DNA of 64,000 bases from Candidatus Altimarinota bacterium (GTDB lineage: Bacteria; Patescibacteriota; Gracilibacteria; UBA4473), in assembly GCA_018608565.1 (NCBI GenBank), contig JABAZT010000028.1:1014-65013 (forward strand), read 5' to 3'. Positions 33,151 through 42,461 of this stretch are shown here, one piece after another. Position 1 is the stretch's first letter, and each line of letters opens with the position of its first letter. The notes under the pieces were generated by a model. That model searched no databases. It saw only the letters and a list, made by a program, of their open reading frames with translations, and was not told where the DNA came from. Made by a program: the position numbers and the translations under genes.

Positions 33151-33151
33151 A

Positions 33152-33385
33152 TCACTCTAACTCTAAATCTTCAACACTGTTAGGATCTTGATTTAATATC
33201 TTGTTTTTCTTGTGCGCTAATACTACAAATTCAGCTGCATCTCTCACTACTTTTGACCAATCAGCCCTTTCTTCACCAATAACACTCGACGTAGCCAATA
33301 TCCCTCCAACGGCAATCCACAATAAATTTCCTTTTCGATTTTCTATGTCAGGAAAATAGTCTTTTTTTTCTTCTACTTCTTTCAT
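33152..33385 (-). CDS. Hypothetical small protein
   Basis: 77-aa ORF convergent on purQ stop. Confidence 0.45.
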   Translation of the reverse strand: MKEVEEKKDYFPDIENRKGNLLWIAVGGILATSSVIGEERADWSKVVRDAAEFVVLAHKKNKILNQDPNSVEDLELE

Positions 33386-33723
33386 TTAAATATCTATATA
33401 ACTTCTTAATTAATTTTATCAATGATACTACATTCAGGTCTATTAATACGAATATTCAGTATTAAATTTTATAGATGAATCGATCTAAGCTCATTAAAAA
33501 GAGATAATTCGACACTACTAAAGTGCCAATAATGGATTGTCAGTTTTTTATTTTTGAGAAATAGTACTTAGTTAAGAATATTTTTAACCTATAAGAGATT
33601 AAATTTATACATTTTACTGTTTATTTGACTGGAGAATCAAATTTATAGACAATGGATCTATAGTTTATTTCTCTCTTGGCTGAAGAGTAGTGTTGGTTTT
33701 AATTTTTATCCTAAAAAGTTTTT

Positions 33724-34677
33724 ATGGGACTTACTATCGAAGAACAGAAATACAAACCTCAAGTACAGGATCGTTTTAATGAACTTATTTCCTTGTCCCC
33801 AGAAATAAGAGGTCGATACTTAGCTATTGGAGGAATCTACTGTGACATGACAACATTAGATATCCCACTGCCTATTATAACCGGAAGCATTGCTGCCTTT
33901 ACTCATGGAGTAAAATGTATTCCTGATGATATTGATCTTAAATTTAAGGAACTAACCCAGGATTCTTGGGAAATTCTTAGAAATTTATTTTTAGACTGGT
34001 ATTCTCTTGGTCTTATTAATCTCCCAGCAGGAGCTAGTGCCGAACACTTTTTTCCATTACATCCTGACTGGCTTGATACTTCTAATTTTGCTGATACTGC
34101 ATTTGAGCTAAATTTTACTTGGAACCAGAGTCTCAATGGGGAAAATATAGAAATCCCCATAGACATACATATTCGTAACCCCAATGACTCAACTGGACTT
34201 ATTCAGGATGGAGAAAAACGAGACAAATATCATGTTATTTGGAGTGATGGAGCGAAGTCTGCATTTGTACCTATCGATGACAAAGAATCACTTGAAATCA
34301 TCTACCTTGGACAAGCGAGCCTTGCTCATAACAAATTACTCAAAACACCAAATATAAAATATAGTAATGACCTGTACTGCAAAAGAGTTGAAAAGCTCAG
34401 AAGTCGTTGGAACAAGCTTTTTCAACTTATTGAAATTGATTGTAATAAAACAGGAGAATTATTTTCTGACAGAATAGAATCGGTACTAGAAGGACTTTGG
34501 TCTTCTATCAGTAATCCTGCCATCATAGAAAATGAGATACGTGAAATCTTATTTAATGTTATCGAACCAGAATACCTAGATTCTGGCTTCACGACCCCTC
34601 TCAGTGACCTCAAAAACTGGTCCAAGAACCCTCACCATGGCCTTCCTCCTGAGTTTCTTCTCAACAAATCACAGTAA
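33724..34677 (+). CDS. Pol-beta-superfamily nucleotidyltransferase-like protein (paralog A)
   Basis: ITGSIAAFTHG..PDDIDL and PIDIHI motifs. Confidence 0.6.
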   Translation: MGLTIEEQKYKPQVQDRFNELISLSPEIRGRYLAIGGIYCDMTTLDIPLPIITGSIAAFTHGVKCIPDDIDLKFKELTQDSWEILRNLFLDWYSLGLINLPAGASAEHFFPLHPDWLDTSNFADTAFELNFTWNQSLNGENIEIPIDIHIRNPNDSTGLIQDGEKRDKYHVIWSDGAKSAFVPIDDKESLEIIYLGQASLAHNKLLKTPNIKYSNDLYCKRVEKLRSRWNKLFQLIEIDCNKTGELFSDRIESVLEGLWSSISNPAIIENEIREILFNVIEPEYLDSGFTTPLSDLKNWSKNPHHGLPPEFLLNKSQ

Positions 34678-34755
34678 TATCATACCCCGACTAACAACTC
34701 ATGCACTTAAAAAACTAAAACTAGTAAAAGTCTACTAAGTGTGCTATAATAGTCT

Positions 34756-35685
34756 ATGGTTTTAGATTATGACACCGTCATTAATACCCTGCGAAGCCCT
34801 GAACAACTGCGCTTAGACTTGTTAAAGAAAGAAAATCCAGCACTTTGTGATTCCCTCAAGGGAATTTTTAGTATTCTTCCTAAAGGAAAAGGACTTGTTA
34901 CCGCTGGTGTTGCCGCCTATACCCAAGATGTTGATTCGAAACCTGATGACATAGATATACAGCTTACTACACTTTCCCAAGAAGAATGGGAATCTTTTAG
35001 AAGTGAACTGATTAATCTTGTACAAAATGGAACCATTCCGCTCTTTGTTGATGAAAAAAATAGATCTACTATTTCAGCCGAAGAATTATTTCCACTTAGT
35101 ATGGATATACTTCCTCAATCACTTAGAGGTGATTCTTCCTTTGAATTATCATTTCTGTGGGGTGAAACTCCGATAGATATTCATATTCAGAATCCACGTG
35201 ATCCTACGACGATGATTGAAGAATCTTTTAAAAAAGAAATTCATCATGTATCTATAGATGAAATAGATATCCCAATCGCTGACAAAAAAGCCATAGGAGG
35301 AGTATATACTTTTATGATGATGATGGTTACCTCTGATGAAATTCCTCTAGATATTCAAGAAAAATCACTAAAAAAGAGACTCTACTCAATATCACAGATG
35401 GCTCCGAATAATAAAGCTGGGTTTATAAAATTTCTCAAACAAGGACAAATATTTGCCATTACTTCACTGACAGAACTCAATAAAACTGAAGCAAATGGAG
35501 CTCAAATGATTAATCAGATGATTACAGAACTACAAAGTCTTTCTAACGAGAGATTTATTGAATTTCGAAACAAAGTAGAAAGAGGCACTATCAGTCGTAC
35601 GGAAATTATGAACCCAGCACAAACTGAAACAGATGATACGATTATTGATGTGAGCTTTTCTGTGAGCCAAGAAATTGCTGCCTAG
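34756..35685 (+). CDS. Pol-beta-superfamily nucleotidyltransferase-like protein (paralog B)
   Basis: VTAGVAAYTQD..PDDIDI, FELSFLW, PIDIHIQNP shared with paralog A; TGCTATAAT-5-ATG. Confidence 0.6.
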   Translation: MVLDYDTVINTLRSPEQLRLDLLKKENPALCDSLKGIFSILPKGKGLVTAGVAAYTQDVDSKPDDIDIQLTTLSQEEWESFRSELINLVQNGTIPLFVDEKNRSTISAEELFPLSMDILPQSLRGDSSFELSFLWGETPIDIHIQNPRDPTTMIEESFKKEIHHVSIDEIDIPIADKKAIGGVYTFMMMMVTSDEIPLDIQEKSLKKRLYSISQMAPNNKAGFIKFLKQGQIFAITSLTELNKTEANGAQMINQMITELQSLSNERFIEFRNKVERGTISRTEIMNPAQTETDDTIIDVSFSVSQEIAA

Positions 35686-35798
35686 ATATAATAACTTTCA
35701 AAAGAGTATTGATAAATTCAAACTATCTCCCTTAAATTCTTAGCACAACCATACTAAGAATTAATTTTACTTTCATGATAGAAACTTATAATCGGGTC

Positions 35799-36863
35799 AT
35801 GAATACTACTTATGCAGATTCTGGAGTTGATATTGAAAAAGGCGATGAAGCTTCTTCTACCGCTTATAGTCATGCACTCAATACCTTCAGCAGTCGAAGT
35901 GGAATGATCGGAGAACCGGTCAAACTCGAAGGTGGATACTCTGGATTGATGGATTTTGGAGATTTTTATCTTGTACAAAATGATGATGGAGTTGGCTCAA
36001 AATCAGAAGTAGCCATAAGAGTTGGCAAATATGACACCCTCGGATATGACCTCCTGGCTATGGTCTCTGATGATGCTGTCTGTGTAGGAGCCGAAACAGT
36101 CTCGATCAATAACACTATAGATACTGAAAAGGTAGATAATGATATAACTGACAAACTCCTAGGGGGACTTTCCAATGCTTGCTCAGAACAAAAAATAATT
36201 ATCTCTGGAGGAGAAATTGCCGAACTCCCAGGATTAGTCAATGGATTTACCTGGAATAGCTCTGCGGTAGGAATAGTGGCTAAAGACAAAGTCCTGACCA
36301 ATGAAAAGATAGCGGTCGGAGATAGTGTCGTCACGCTGAAAAGTGGAGTCGTCAGATCTAATGGACTTAGCCTCGTTCGAAAAATTCTCAAGGATCAGTT
36401 TGGTGAAAACTGGCACACAGCCGAATGGAAAGATGGAACTACCTGGGGAGAGACCATCCTCACTCCGTCTGTGATCTATGCTAACGCCGTCCTAGATATG
36501 ATCGGACGATATGGACAAGAATCGAAAGCTCAGGTTCATGGAGTTTCTCACATTACTGGAGGAGGAATGCACAACCCACGAAGAATACTCAAACGAAATA
36601 ACCTAGGAGTTAACCTAGACAATCTCTGGGCTCCACACGAAGCCGTTCTAGATCTAATGAAGTTGGGGAATGTCTCTGACGAAGAAGCCTACAAGGTCTG
36701 GAATATGGGAAATGGAATGATGGTGATCACTCCAGAACCAGATAAAGTTATAGAAATCGCGAAGGCAAATGGAATCGAAGCACAAATTGCTGGATCTGTT
36801 ATCAAAGAGCCTGAAATACGGTTTGTAAGTCAGGCTCTAGGAAATGATGTGATTGTGTTTTAA
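35799..36863 (+). CDS. purM: Phosphoribosylformylglycinamidine cyclo-ligase
   Basis: TYADSGVDI, DGVGSK, GGEIAELPG, RSNGLSLVR, HITGGG, WNMGNGM; TATAAT-6-ATG at 35799. Confidence 0.96.
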   Translation: MNTTYADSGVDIEKGDEASSTAYSHALNTFSSRSGMIGEPVKLEGGYSGLMDFGDFYLVQNDDGVGSKSEVAIRVGKYDTLGYDLLAMVSDDAVCVGAETVSINNTIDTEKVDNDITDKLLGGLSNACSEQKIIISGGEIAELPGLVNGFTWNSSAVGIVAKDKVLTNEKIAVGDSVVTLKSGVVRSNGLSLVRKILKDQFGENWHTAEWKDGTTWGETILTPSVIYANAVLDMIGRYGQESKAQVHGVSHITGGGMHNPRRILKRNNLGVNLDNLWAPHEAVLDLMKLGNVSDEEAYKVWNMGNGMMVITPEPDKVIEIAKANGIEAQIAGSVIKEPEIRFVSQALGNDVIVF

Positions 36864-36920
36864 AGACAGTAATCCTTTTAAACCTCTACACTTTATTGAA
36901 TTCTCCCGGTCATTGTTTGG

Positions 36921-37532
36921 TTACCTGATATACAGCTCATCTTCCTTTTTCAGCCCCTCGTATACGACCCTCAAAGACTCCTTCCCATTTCTGATTCGAG
37001 TTTTTACTGTTCCCAATGGCACCCCTAACACCTCCGCTATTTGCTTATTTGTCTTACCTCTTAAAAAGCTAAGTCTCAAGGGCTCTGCTTGTAAGGGATC
37101 TATAAGCTCCAAGGCTCTTTGCACAAGAACCGTATTATCATTCGCTTCTAATTCAACTCCTGGCCTTGGTATATCCAGAGGACGTACCCCTTCGGTATGT
37201 AATCTATCAAGTCCCTTAACCTGACGCCCCCTTTCCCGAAAGACATCAATAGTCCGTTTCTGAAGACTTCCAAACATCCAAGACCTTGCAATTCCTTTTT
37301 CTGGATCAAATTGTACAGCTCCCAATCGTAGCCAATAATCCCAAGTTTTGATTATTAGATCATGTGCATCATCTCTATCCTTCAAAATCACAGTTGCATA
37401 TTTTAACAACTCCGGATAATACTTATTCCACAGTTCTGCCTGTGCCTCCAAATCACCTTCCCCCATTTTCACCAATAATACTCCATCCTCATCTGGAAGC
37501 TCTTTTCCTGAATTCTCTGAATCAACTGTCAT
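36921..37532 (-). CDS. ECF RNA polymerase sigma factor (RpoE/SigK-like)
   Basis: DRDDAHDL, FDPEKG..RSW, region 4 TNKQIAEVLGVPLGTVKTRIRNG; no adjacent anti-sigma. Confidence 0.92.
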   Translation of the reverse strand: MTVDSENSGKELPDEDGVLLVKMGEGDLEAQAELWNKYYPELLKYATVILKDRDDAHDLIIKTWDYWLRLGAVQFDPEKGIARSWMFGSLQKRTIDVFRERGRQVKGLDRLHTEGVRPLDIPRPGVELEANDNTVLVQRALELIDPLQAEPLRLSFLRGKTNKQIAEVLGVPLGTVKTRIRNGKESLRVVYEGLKKEDELYIR

Positions 37533-37630
37533 AATAATATTTGGATTGAAAAATATCTACCAGCTCCTTTTTTAATACTATTATTTCTTTTGTCAACCAC
37601 CTCTAAATACACATAAAAATTTAATTTTTG

Positions 37631-37702
37631 CTGCAGATACAAAATTGGCCTGCCGTGGCTTCGAATATATTTCGAGAGCACAAATCGGTCAGGCCAGCTG
37701 GA
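37631..37702. ncRNA. Candidate structured RNA / long GC-rich hairpin
   Basis: TGGCCTG/CAGGCCA, CCG/CGG, GCT/AGC and TCGAA/TTCGA nested stems in an AT-rich spacer. Confidence 0.35.
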
Positions 37703-37879
37703 ACTTTTTATTTATCTGGAAACTTTCGTCAAATTTTTTTTGAAATAAAATTATAGAGCCCTCTCCCATCGATACTTCCTCTCGATACAAACACTAGTTA
37801 AATACCTATCTAGATGAGATATTTGATTTTTTTGTATTAATATTGATTTTTATCAATAAATAAAATAAATTCCTGTCAC

Positions 37880-38935
37880 ATGCAAATCCCAAAAGAAACT
37901 ATAATTCTACTTGAAAACGATAGTGTTTGCACTAAACCAAGATCAATCCGGACCAATAATCAATCATCAGATATTCTAGGGAAAGCTCTACTCGCTATTT
38001 CGAGTGAAGTACTACCGATCCCTAGTCACTCAAAACTAGAACCAGGTTCACGATATAAGAGCCTAAAACAGCCTGAGATAAAACTTTCAGATATCTCTTT
38101 TGAAGTTATGCGACGACTTCTCACAGGAGATGCTCCTGTCAAAATTCTAAAGACAGAAATTACCACAAGAATACGAATTTTTACCTATTCAGGACAAGAA
38201 CTTGATAGAGATCTTTTACTAAAAAGTATTGAAGAACAATGCATGTCTAGTCAGTCTTCCTCTTTAGATGTAAATCAATGGATCCTAGAAACGCCGACTG
38301 AAGACCTAAAGGGCAGCGGATTCTCCGACTGGAAAAAAGAATTATCGTTTTCGTTTGATGGAATTGATACCGCTCTCCTCGAAGGAGTAACTAATTATAA
38401 AGAAATTTATACGTATTTTGAAATGCATGTTGAAGAGAATGGTGTAGATCCAGAAATCATAAATCAAGAATTTGCTGTGATGACACTCGCCAAACGATGG
38501 TGGATCGAATTATATGAATCTGAAAAAATAGATTTTAAAACTATGATCAGCGTCCCCGGACTTCCCCTCCACAACCGTGGAAAGGAGTCTCTTATGAACT
38601 CATCTCCAAATCTATCTTCGGCTCAAAAAGTAGATTTATTAGCAAATTCTGTCGGACAGAGAGCGGGTATGCTCGTCAAAGAATATGGCTGTAAAATGGG
38701 CTCCTATAACTTTCTCAAAAAAATAGCACTTATTCCCGGACAATTTCCTGCCTTTTACCTCAGCTACGCAATAGAAGCCGACCATATAACGGAAAGACAA
38801 TTTCGAGACATTTTTAATCAAACAAGATCTCAATTTAGTGACTTTGAACTTGATATGGTTCTCCGTTACGCGGAAAACAAGAATTGGATAAATTCTGTGA
38901 TAGGCAAGAAATTGAGAGAGGAAAGAAATCTTTAA
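37880..38935 (+). CDS. Hypothetical protein
   Basis: 351-aa ORF; TTGATT-17-TAAATT-8-ATG. Confidence 0.75.
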   Translation: MQIPKETIILLENDSVCTKPRSIRTNNQSSDILGKALLAISSEVLPIPSHSKLEPGSRYKSLKQPEIKLSDISFEVMRRLLTGDAPVKILKTEITTRIRIFTYSGQELDRDLLLKSIEEQCMSSQSSSLDVNQWILETPTEDLKGSGFSDWKKELSFSFDGIDTALLEGVTNYKEIYTYFEMHVEENGVDPEIINQEFAVMTLAKRWWIELYESEKIDFKTMISVPGLPLHNRGKESLMNSSPNLSSAQKVDLLANSVGQRAGMLVKEYGCKMGSYNFLKKIALIPGQFPAFYLSYAIEADHITERQFRDIFNQTRSQFSDFELDMVLRYAENKNWINSVIGKKLREERNL

Positions 38936-38968
38936 TTTTTCTTACTAAGACTATAAGATTCTTATGCA

Positions 38969-39700
38969 ATGAAAATTCAACTCACCAACGACTGGAAAGA
39001 GCTACTTCGAGATGAATTGGAACAGCCTTATTTCCTAGAACTCAGAGAAAAACTTACCAGAGAAATAGAATCAGGAATACAGATTTTTCCTTATCCCCAA
39101 TATATTTTTGAGGCTTTCAACCAATGTTCTCTCTCAAATACCAAAGTCGTCATACTGGGACAAGATCCCTATCACTCCCTCAGTCCGATTCAAGAGCCCC
39201 TTCCCTCTCCCAAAGGGCGAGGGACTTCAATGATTCCTCATGCGCATGGCATGAGCTTTAGTATTCCAAGAGAGTCAACCAAGATCCCTCCAAGTCTGAA
39301 GAATATCTACAAAGAACTTGCTGCTGATCTCGGCCATACAATCCCCTCTCATGGGAATCTTCAGTCCTGGGCCGAACAAGGCGTTTTGTTGCTCAACGCT
39401 TCACTCACCGTCCAAGCCCATCAAGCTAATAGTCATAAAAACTATGGATGGCATACCTTCACTGATCACGTGATAGAAAAAATTTCAAATCACAAAGAAC
39501 ATGTGGTTTTTATTTGCTGGGGTGCTTTTGCACAGGGAAAGATCCCGCTCATCGATGAGACGAAACATTTGATTATAAAATCTCCTCACCCATCCCCATT
39601 TTCAGCTCACAACGGATTTTTTGGCTCTAAACCTTTTAGCAAAACCAACTCATGGCTAAAGAAACAAGAACTACCAGAAATTGCCTGGGAGGTAAAGTAG
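38969..39700 (+). CDS. ung: Uracil-DNA glycosylase (family 1)
   Basis: VVILGQDPYH, AHGMSFS, IPPSLKNIYKEL, WAEQGVLLLN, HPSPFSA. Confidence 0.97.
   Translation: MKIQLTNDWKELLRDELEQPYFLELREKLTREIESGIQIFPYPQYIFEAFNQCSLSNTKVVILGQDPYHSLSPIQEPLPSPKGRGTSMIPHAHGMSFSIPRESTKIPPSLKNIYKELAADLGHTIPSHGNLQSWAEQGVLLLNASLTVQAHQANSHKNYGWHTFTDHVIEKISNHKEHVVFICWGAFAQGKIPLIDETKHLIIKSPHPSPFSAHNGFFGSKPFSKTNSWLKKQELPEIAWEVK
39195..39226 (+). repeat. REP-like palindrome inserted in-frame in ung (EPLPSPKGRGT)
   Basis: TCCCTC-T-CCC-aaa-GGG-C-GAGGGA within an extra segment right after GQDPYH. Confidence 0.7.
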
Positions 39701-39716
39701 CTGATGAGAATGGTTG

Positions 39717-39744
39717 ATAGTTAATAGTTAATAGTTAATAGTTA
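39717..39744 (+). repeat. Heptamer tandem repeat (ATAGTTA)x4
   Basis: Directly visible between ung and murL. Confidence 0.9.
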
Positions 39745-39750
39745 GGATGA

Positions 39751-41115
39751 ATGAAAACCTACGAAACTTTTATTTTTGAAGACTTTCGTTTTGATCCCGA
39801 TACAGGAGCTCTTTCTTTGAGATATTCTTTGGATGAAGAATTATATTTTGAGGAACAATGGAATTTCCCAATATCACCCCCTAGCCCCCTCTTAAATCAA
39901 GAGGAAGAATCTCTCGCTGCTTTTAAAAATCAACTACAATCCGCAATCCAAGGACTCTGGATCATGTGTGGAATCTCCTATTACAAGGCACATCTTCCCA
40001 AAAACATATTGATCAAAAATATTGTTCTATCAAAATCTCAGGCTGTGTTTTTTGATAAAATATATTTACACGGATTGGGAGAGTTTTTTTATGAAAATAA
40101 AATTGATCCGAGGGGGCTTATTAACTTTCCGTATGAAAAGAAAGAGAGAAATGTGGAAGATAATTCTTTCAGCCCCTCAGTCTCTCAATCTCTCAATCTC
40201 TCTGGAACTCTTATTCCCGTTGGTGGAGGAAAAGATTCATTAACGACGATTGAACTCATAAAAAAATCTGAAAATCTTGAAATTTTACCGCTTAGCACTT
40301 GGGCTGTTGGGCATGGTGATATGTTTGGGCCGATGCTCGAGAAGATTGACCTCCCTCATCTTCAAGTAACCCGAAAAATCTGTCCAAACCTGATAACTGA
40401 GAATAAAAAAGGGGGCCTAAATGGTCATATACCTATTTCGTCTATCTTGGCTTTTTCTAGTGTTGTGACGGCGCTCCTCAACGGAAAGAAATATATCCCT
40501 CTCTCCAATGAATCCTCTGCCAATGAAGCGAATGTTGAAATGTATGGCATGGAGATAAATCATCAATACAGCAAGACTCTTGAATTTGAGCAAAATTTCC
40601 AAGGATATGTAAAAGAAAATATTTCAGAAGAAGTCGAATACTTCTCTTTCTTACGGCCTTTGAAAGAAATCCATATTGCACAAATTTTTTGTTCAATATG
40701 CTTTGATACATACAGGGACTGCTTTTCTTCGTGTAATAGAAATTTCAAGATAGAATCTTCTACGACTGATCGTAATATGAGATGGTGTGGTCAGTGCTCT
40801 AAGTGTGCTTTTGTGGCGTGTATCTTTGCTCCGTTTCTTGATCGAAAGCAGATGCATAATCTATTTGGATGTGAAATTTTTAAACAAAAGGAGATTTTGA
40901 AATTTGTCCCTGAACTTCTTGGACAGACGGAACACAAGCCTTTTGAATGTGTCGGAGAGTATGATGAAGTCCAGTATGGGATCAATGCGGCGGTTGATTC
41001 TGAAAATTGGCCCGAACTAGAATGTTTTAAAAACACTATCAATCTTGATCTCGCCCTCAACAACCATTCTATGCCTGAACTCTTTTATACAATTCTAAAC
41101 AATAGCATGGACTGA
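39751..41115 (+). CDS. murL: UDP-MurNAc-L-Ala-L-Glu epimerase MurL
   Basis: GISYYKA, GGGKDS, LNGHIPIS, SNESSANE, INHQYSK, FSSCNRNF, WCGQCSKC, HKPFECVGE; adjacent to murD. Confidence 0.88.
   Translation: MKTYETFIFEDFRFDPDTGALSLRYSLDEELYFEEQWNFPISPPSPLLNQEEESLAAFKNQLQSAIQGLWIMCGISYYKAHLPKNILIKNIVLSKSQAVFFDKIYLHGLGEFFYENKIDPRGLINFPYEKKERNVEDNSFSPSVSQSLNLSGTLIPVGGGKDSLTTIELIKKSENLEILPLSTWAVGHGDMFGPMLEKIDLPHLQVTRKICPNLITENKKGGLNGHIPISSILAFSSVVTALLNGKKYIPLSNESSANEANVEMYGMEINHQYSKTLEFEQNFQGYVKENISEEVEYFSFLRPLKEIHIAQIFCSICFDTYRDCFSSCNRNFKIESSTTDRNMRWCGQCSKCAFVACIFAPFLDRKQMHNLFGCEIFKQKEILKFVPELLGQTEHKPFECVGEYDEVQYGINAAVDSENWPELECFKNTINLDLALNNHSMPELFYTILNNSMD
39873..39908 (-). repeat. REP-like palindrome inserted in-frame in murL (SPPSPLLNQEE), reverse orientation relative to DegT copies
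   Basis: Reverse complement TCTTCCTCTT-gattt-AAGAGGGGGCTAGGGGGTGAT. Confidence 0.6.
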
Positions 41116-41142
41116 TATGAAAATTTCATTATAATAAACACA

Positions 41143-42405
41143 ATGAGATTATCCCAACTGCAATCAGCTTCCAGAGTATTAATCTATGGATATGGGGTTG
41201 AGGGACAGTCTACCGAGAAATTTTTGAAAGCGCATCAACTCAAAAATTTTGAAATACATGATGATAAAAATGAAGCGTATAACTCTAAGAAAGATTTGGC
41301 TGACTATGACATAATTATAATCTCTGCTGGAATTAACCGACTTACGGTTATTCCGGAAGCCTTGTTAGATCGATGCACCTCCAATACTGAGATGTTTTTT
41401 CATAATCTATCTCCTGCTAATCGTCGTAAAACAATTGGAATAACGGGAACTAAGGGTAAATCCATGACGGCAAAGTTTGCCTATGAACTCTTACAAAATA
41501 ATGATAAAAAGGTGGCTATTGCTGGAAATTATGGAAATGGATTGTTAGATTTTCTAGATCAAATGGATGATCTAGAGTTTATCGTGATGGAATTATCAAG
41601 TTTTCAACTGGCCTACCTCAATCGTTCTGTCCATATTGCGATGTGTACCAATTTATTTGAAGATCATCTCGACTGGCACGGAAACAAAGCCAACTACCAT
41701 GCTCACAAAGCAAATCTCTGGAAATATCAGACCGAGGCCGATTTTCTCTATATTCCGTATCGGTACTGCAAAGATCCTTCGTTTGAAACTGATGGAGAAA
41801 AAGTTGTTTGTGGATCACTCTATCACCAGTTTTTTGAAGATGAAGAGAGTATCTGGCATGCCCAACACTATCTACAAAATTTTGGCCTTGTGCACGAATT
41901 ACATAAACGAATGGATTTGGGTGAACATGCATTTAAACAAACAGCAAAAGAACTCAAACCACTTCCTCATAGAATGTCTTTCTCTGGAGAAATTAATGGC
42001 GTAAAGTTTTATGACAATGCCATTGCAACTAATCCACATGCGACCACGGCTGATATTGCCTTTCTCCAATCTCGACTTGGATCTATTATTATGGGGGGAT
42101 CTGATAGAGGGATTGACTTGAAACCAGTCTTTGATGCGATGGTCAAAAATCATGTCCGATGCCATGTTATCGTTCAGGAATCAGACTCAAGTGATAAGAT
42201 CATTAAAACACTCGAAGCATTTCCTCATCTCCCCTACTCTAAAGCGAAAGATATGAAAGAGGCGATCAAAATTGCTATAAAAGAAACCCCTCCAAATAAA
42301 GTTTGTGTTCTTTCTCCTGCCTGTGCTAGCTGGGATCGATATAGTGGCTATGGAGAAAAAGGAGACGAATTTACAACTATTGTACAAGCAAATATAAAAC
42401 CTTGA
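41143..42405 (+). CDS. murD: UDP-MurNAc-L-Ala--glutamate ligase (MurD, probably L-Glu-specific MurD2)
   Basis: IYGYGVEG, GITGTKGKS, MELSSFQL, DHLDWHG, LPHRM, LSPACASWD; TATAAT-7-ATG. Confidence 0.9.
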   Translation: MRLSQLQSASRVLIYGYGVEGQSTEKFLKAHQLKNFEIHDDKNEAYNSKKDLADYDIIIISAGINRLTVIPEALLDRCTSNTEMFFHNLSPANRRKTIGITGTKGKSMTAKFAYELLQNNDKKVAIAGNYGNGLLDFLDQMDDLEFIVMELSSFQLAYLNRSVHIAMCTNLFEDHLDWHGNKANYHAHKANLWKYQTEADFLYIPYRYCKDPSFETDGEKVVCGSLYHQFFEDEESIWHAQHYLQNFGLVHELHKRMDLGEHAFKQTAKELKPLPHRMSFSGEINGVKFYDNAIATNPHATTADIAFLQSRLGSIIMGGSDRGIDLKPVFDAMVKNHVRCHVIVQESDSSDKIIKTLEAFPHLPYSKAKDMKEAIKIAIKETPPNKVCVLSPACASWDRYSGYGEKGDEFTTIVQANIKP

Positions 42406-42461
42406 TCTTTTGCATCTCCCAAAAAATCTCTACACTCTGTAAGCTACATAAAAATAAACAT

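Noticed and set aside
37631-37702. SRP RNA or tRNA
   Set aside because: No SRP helix-8 GGAA motif or cloverleaf recognised; kept only as an unassigned hairpin
39717-39744. CRISPR array
   Set aside because: Only short tandem repeats without spacers; no cas genes in the window
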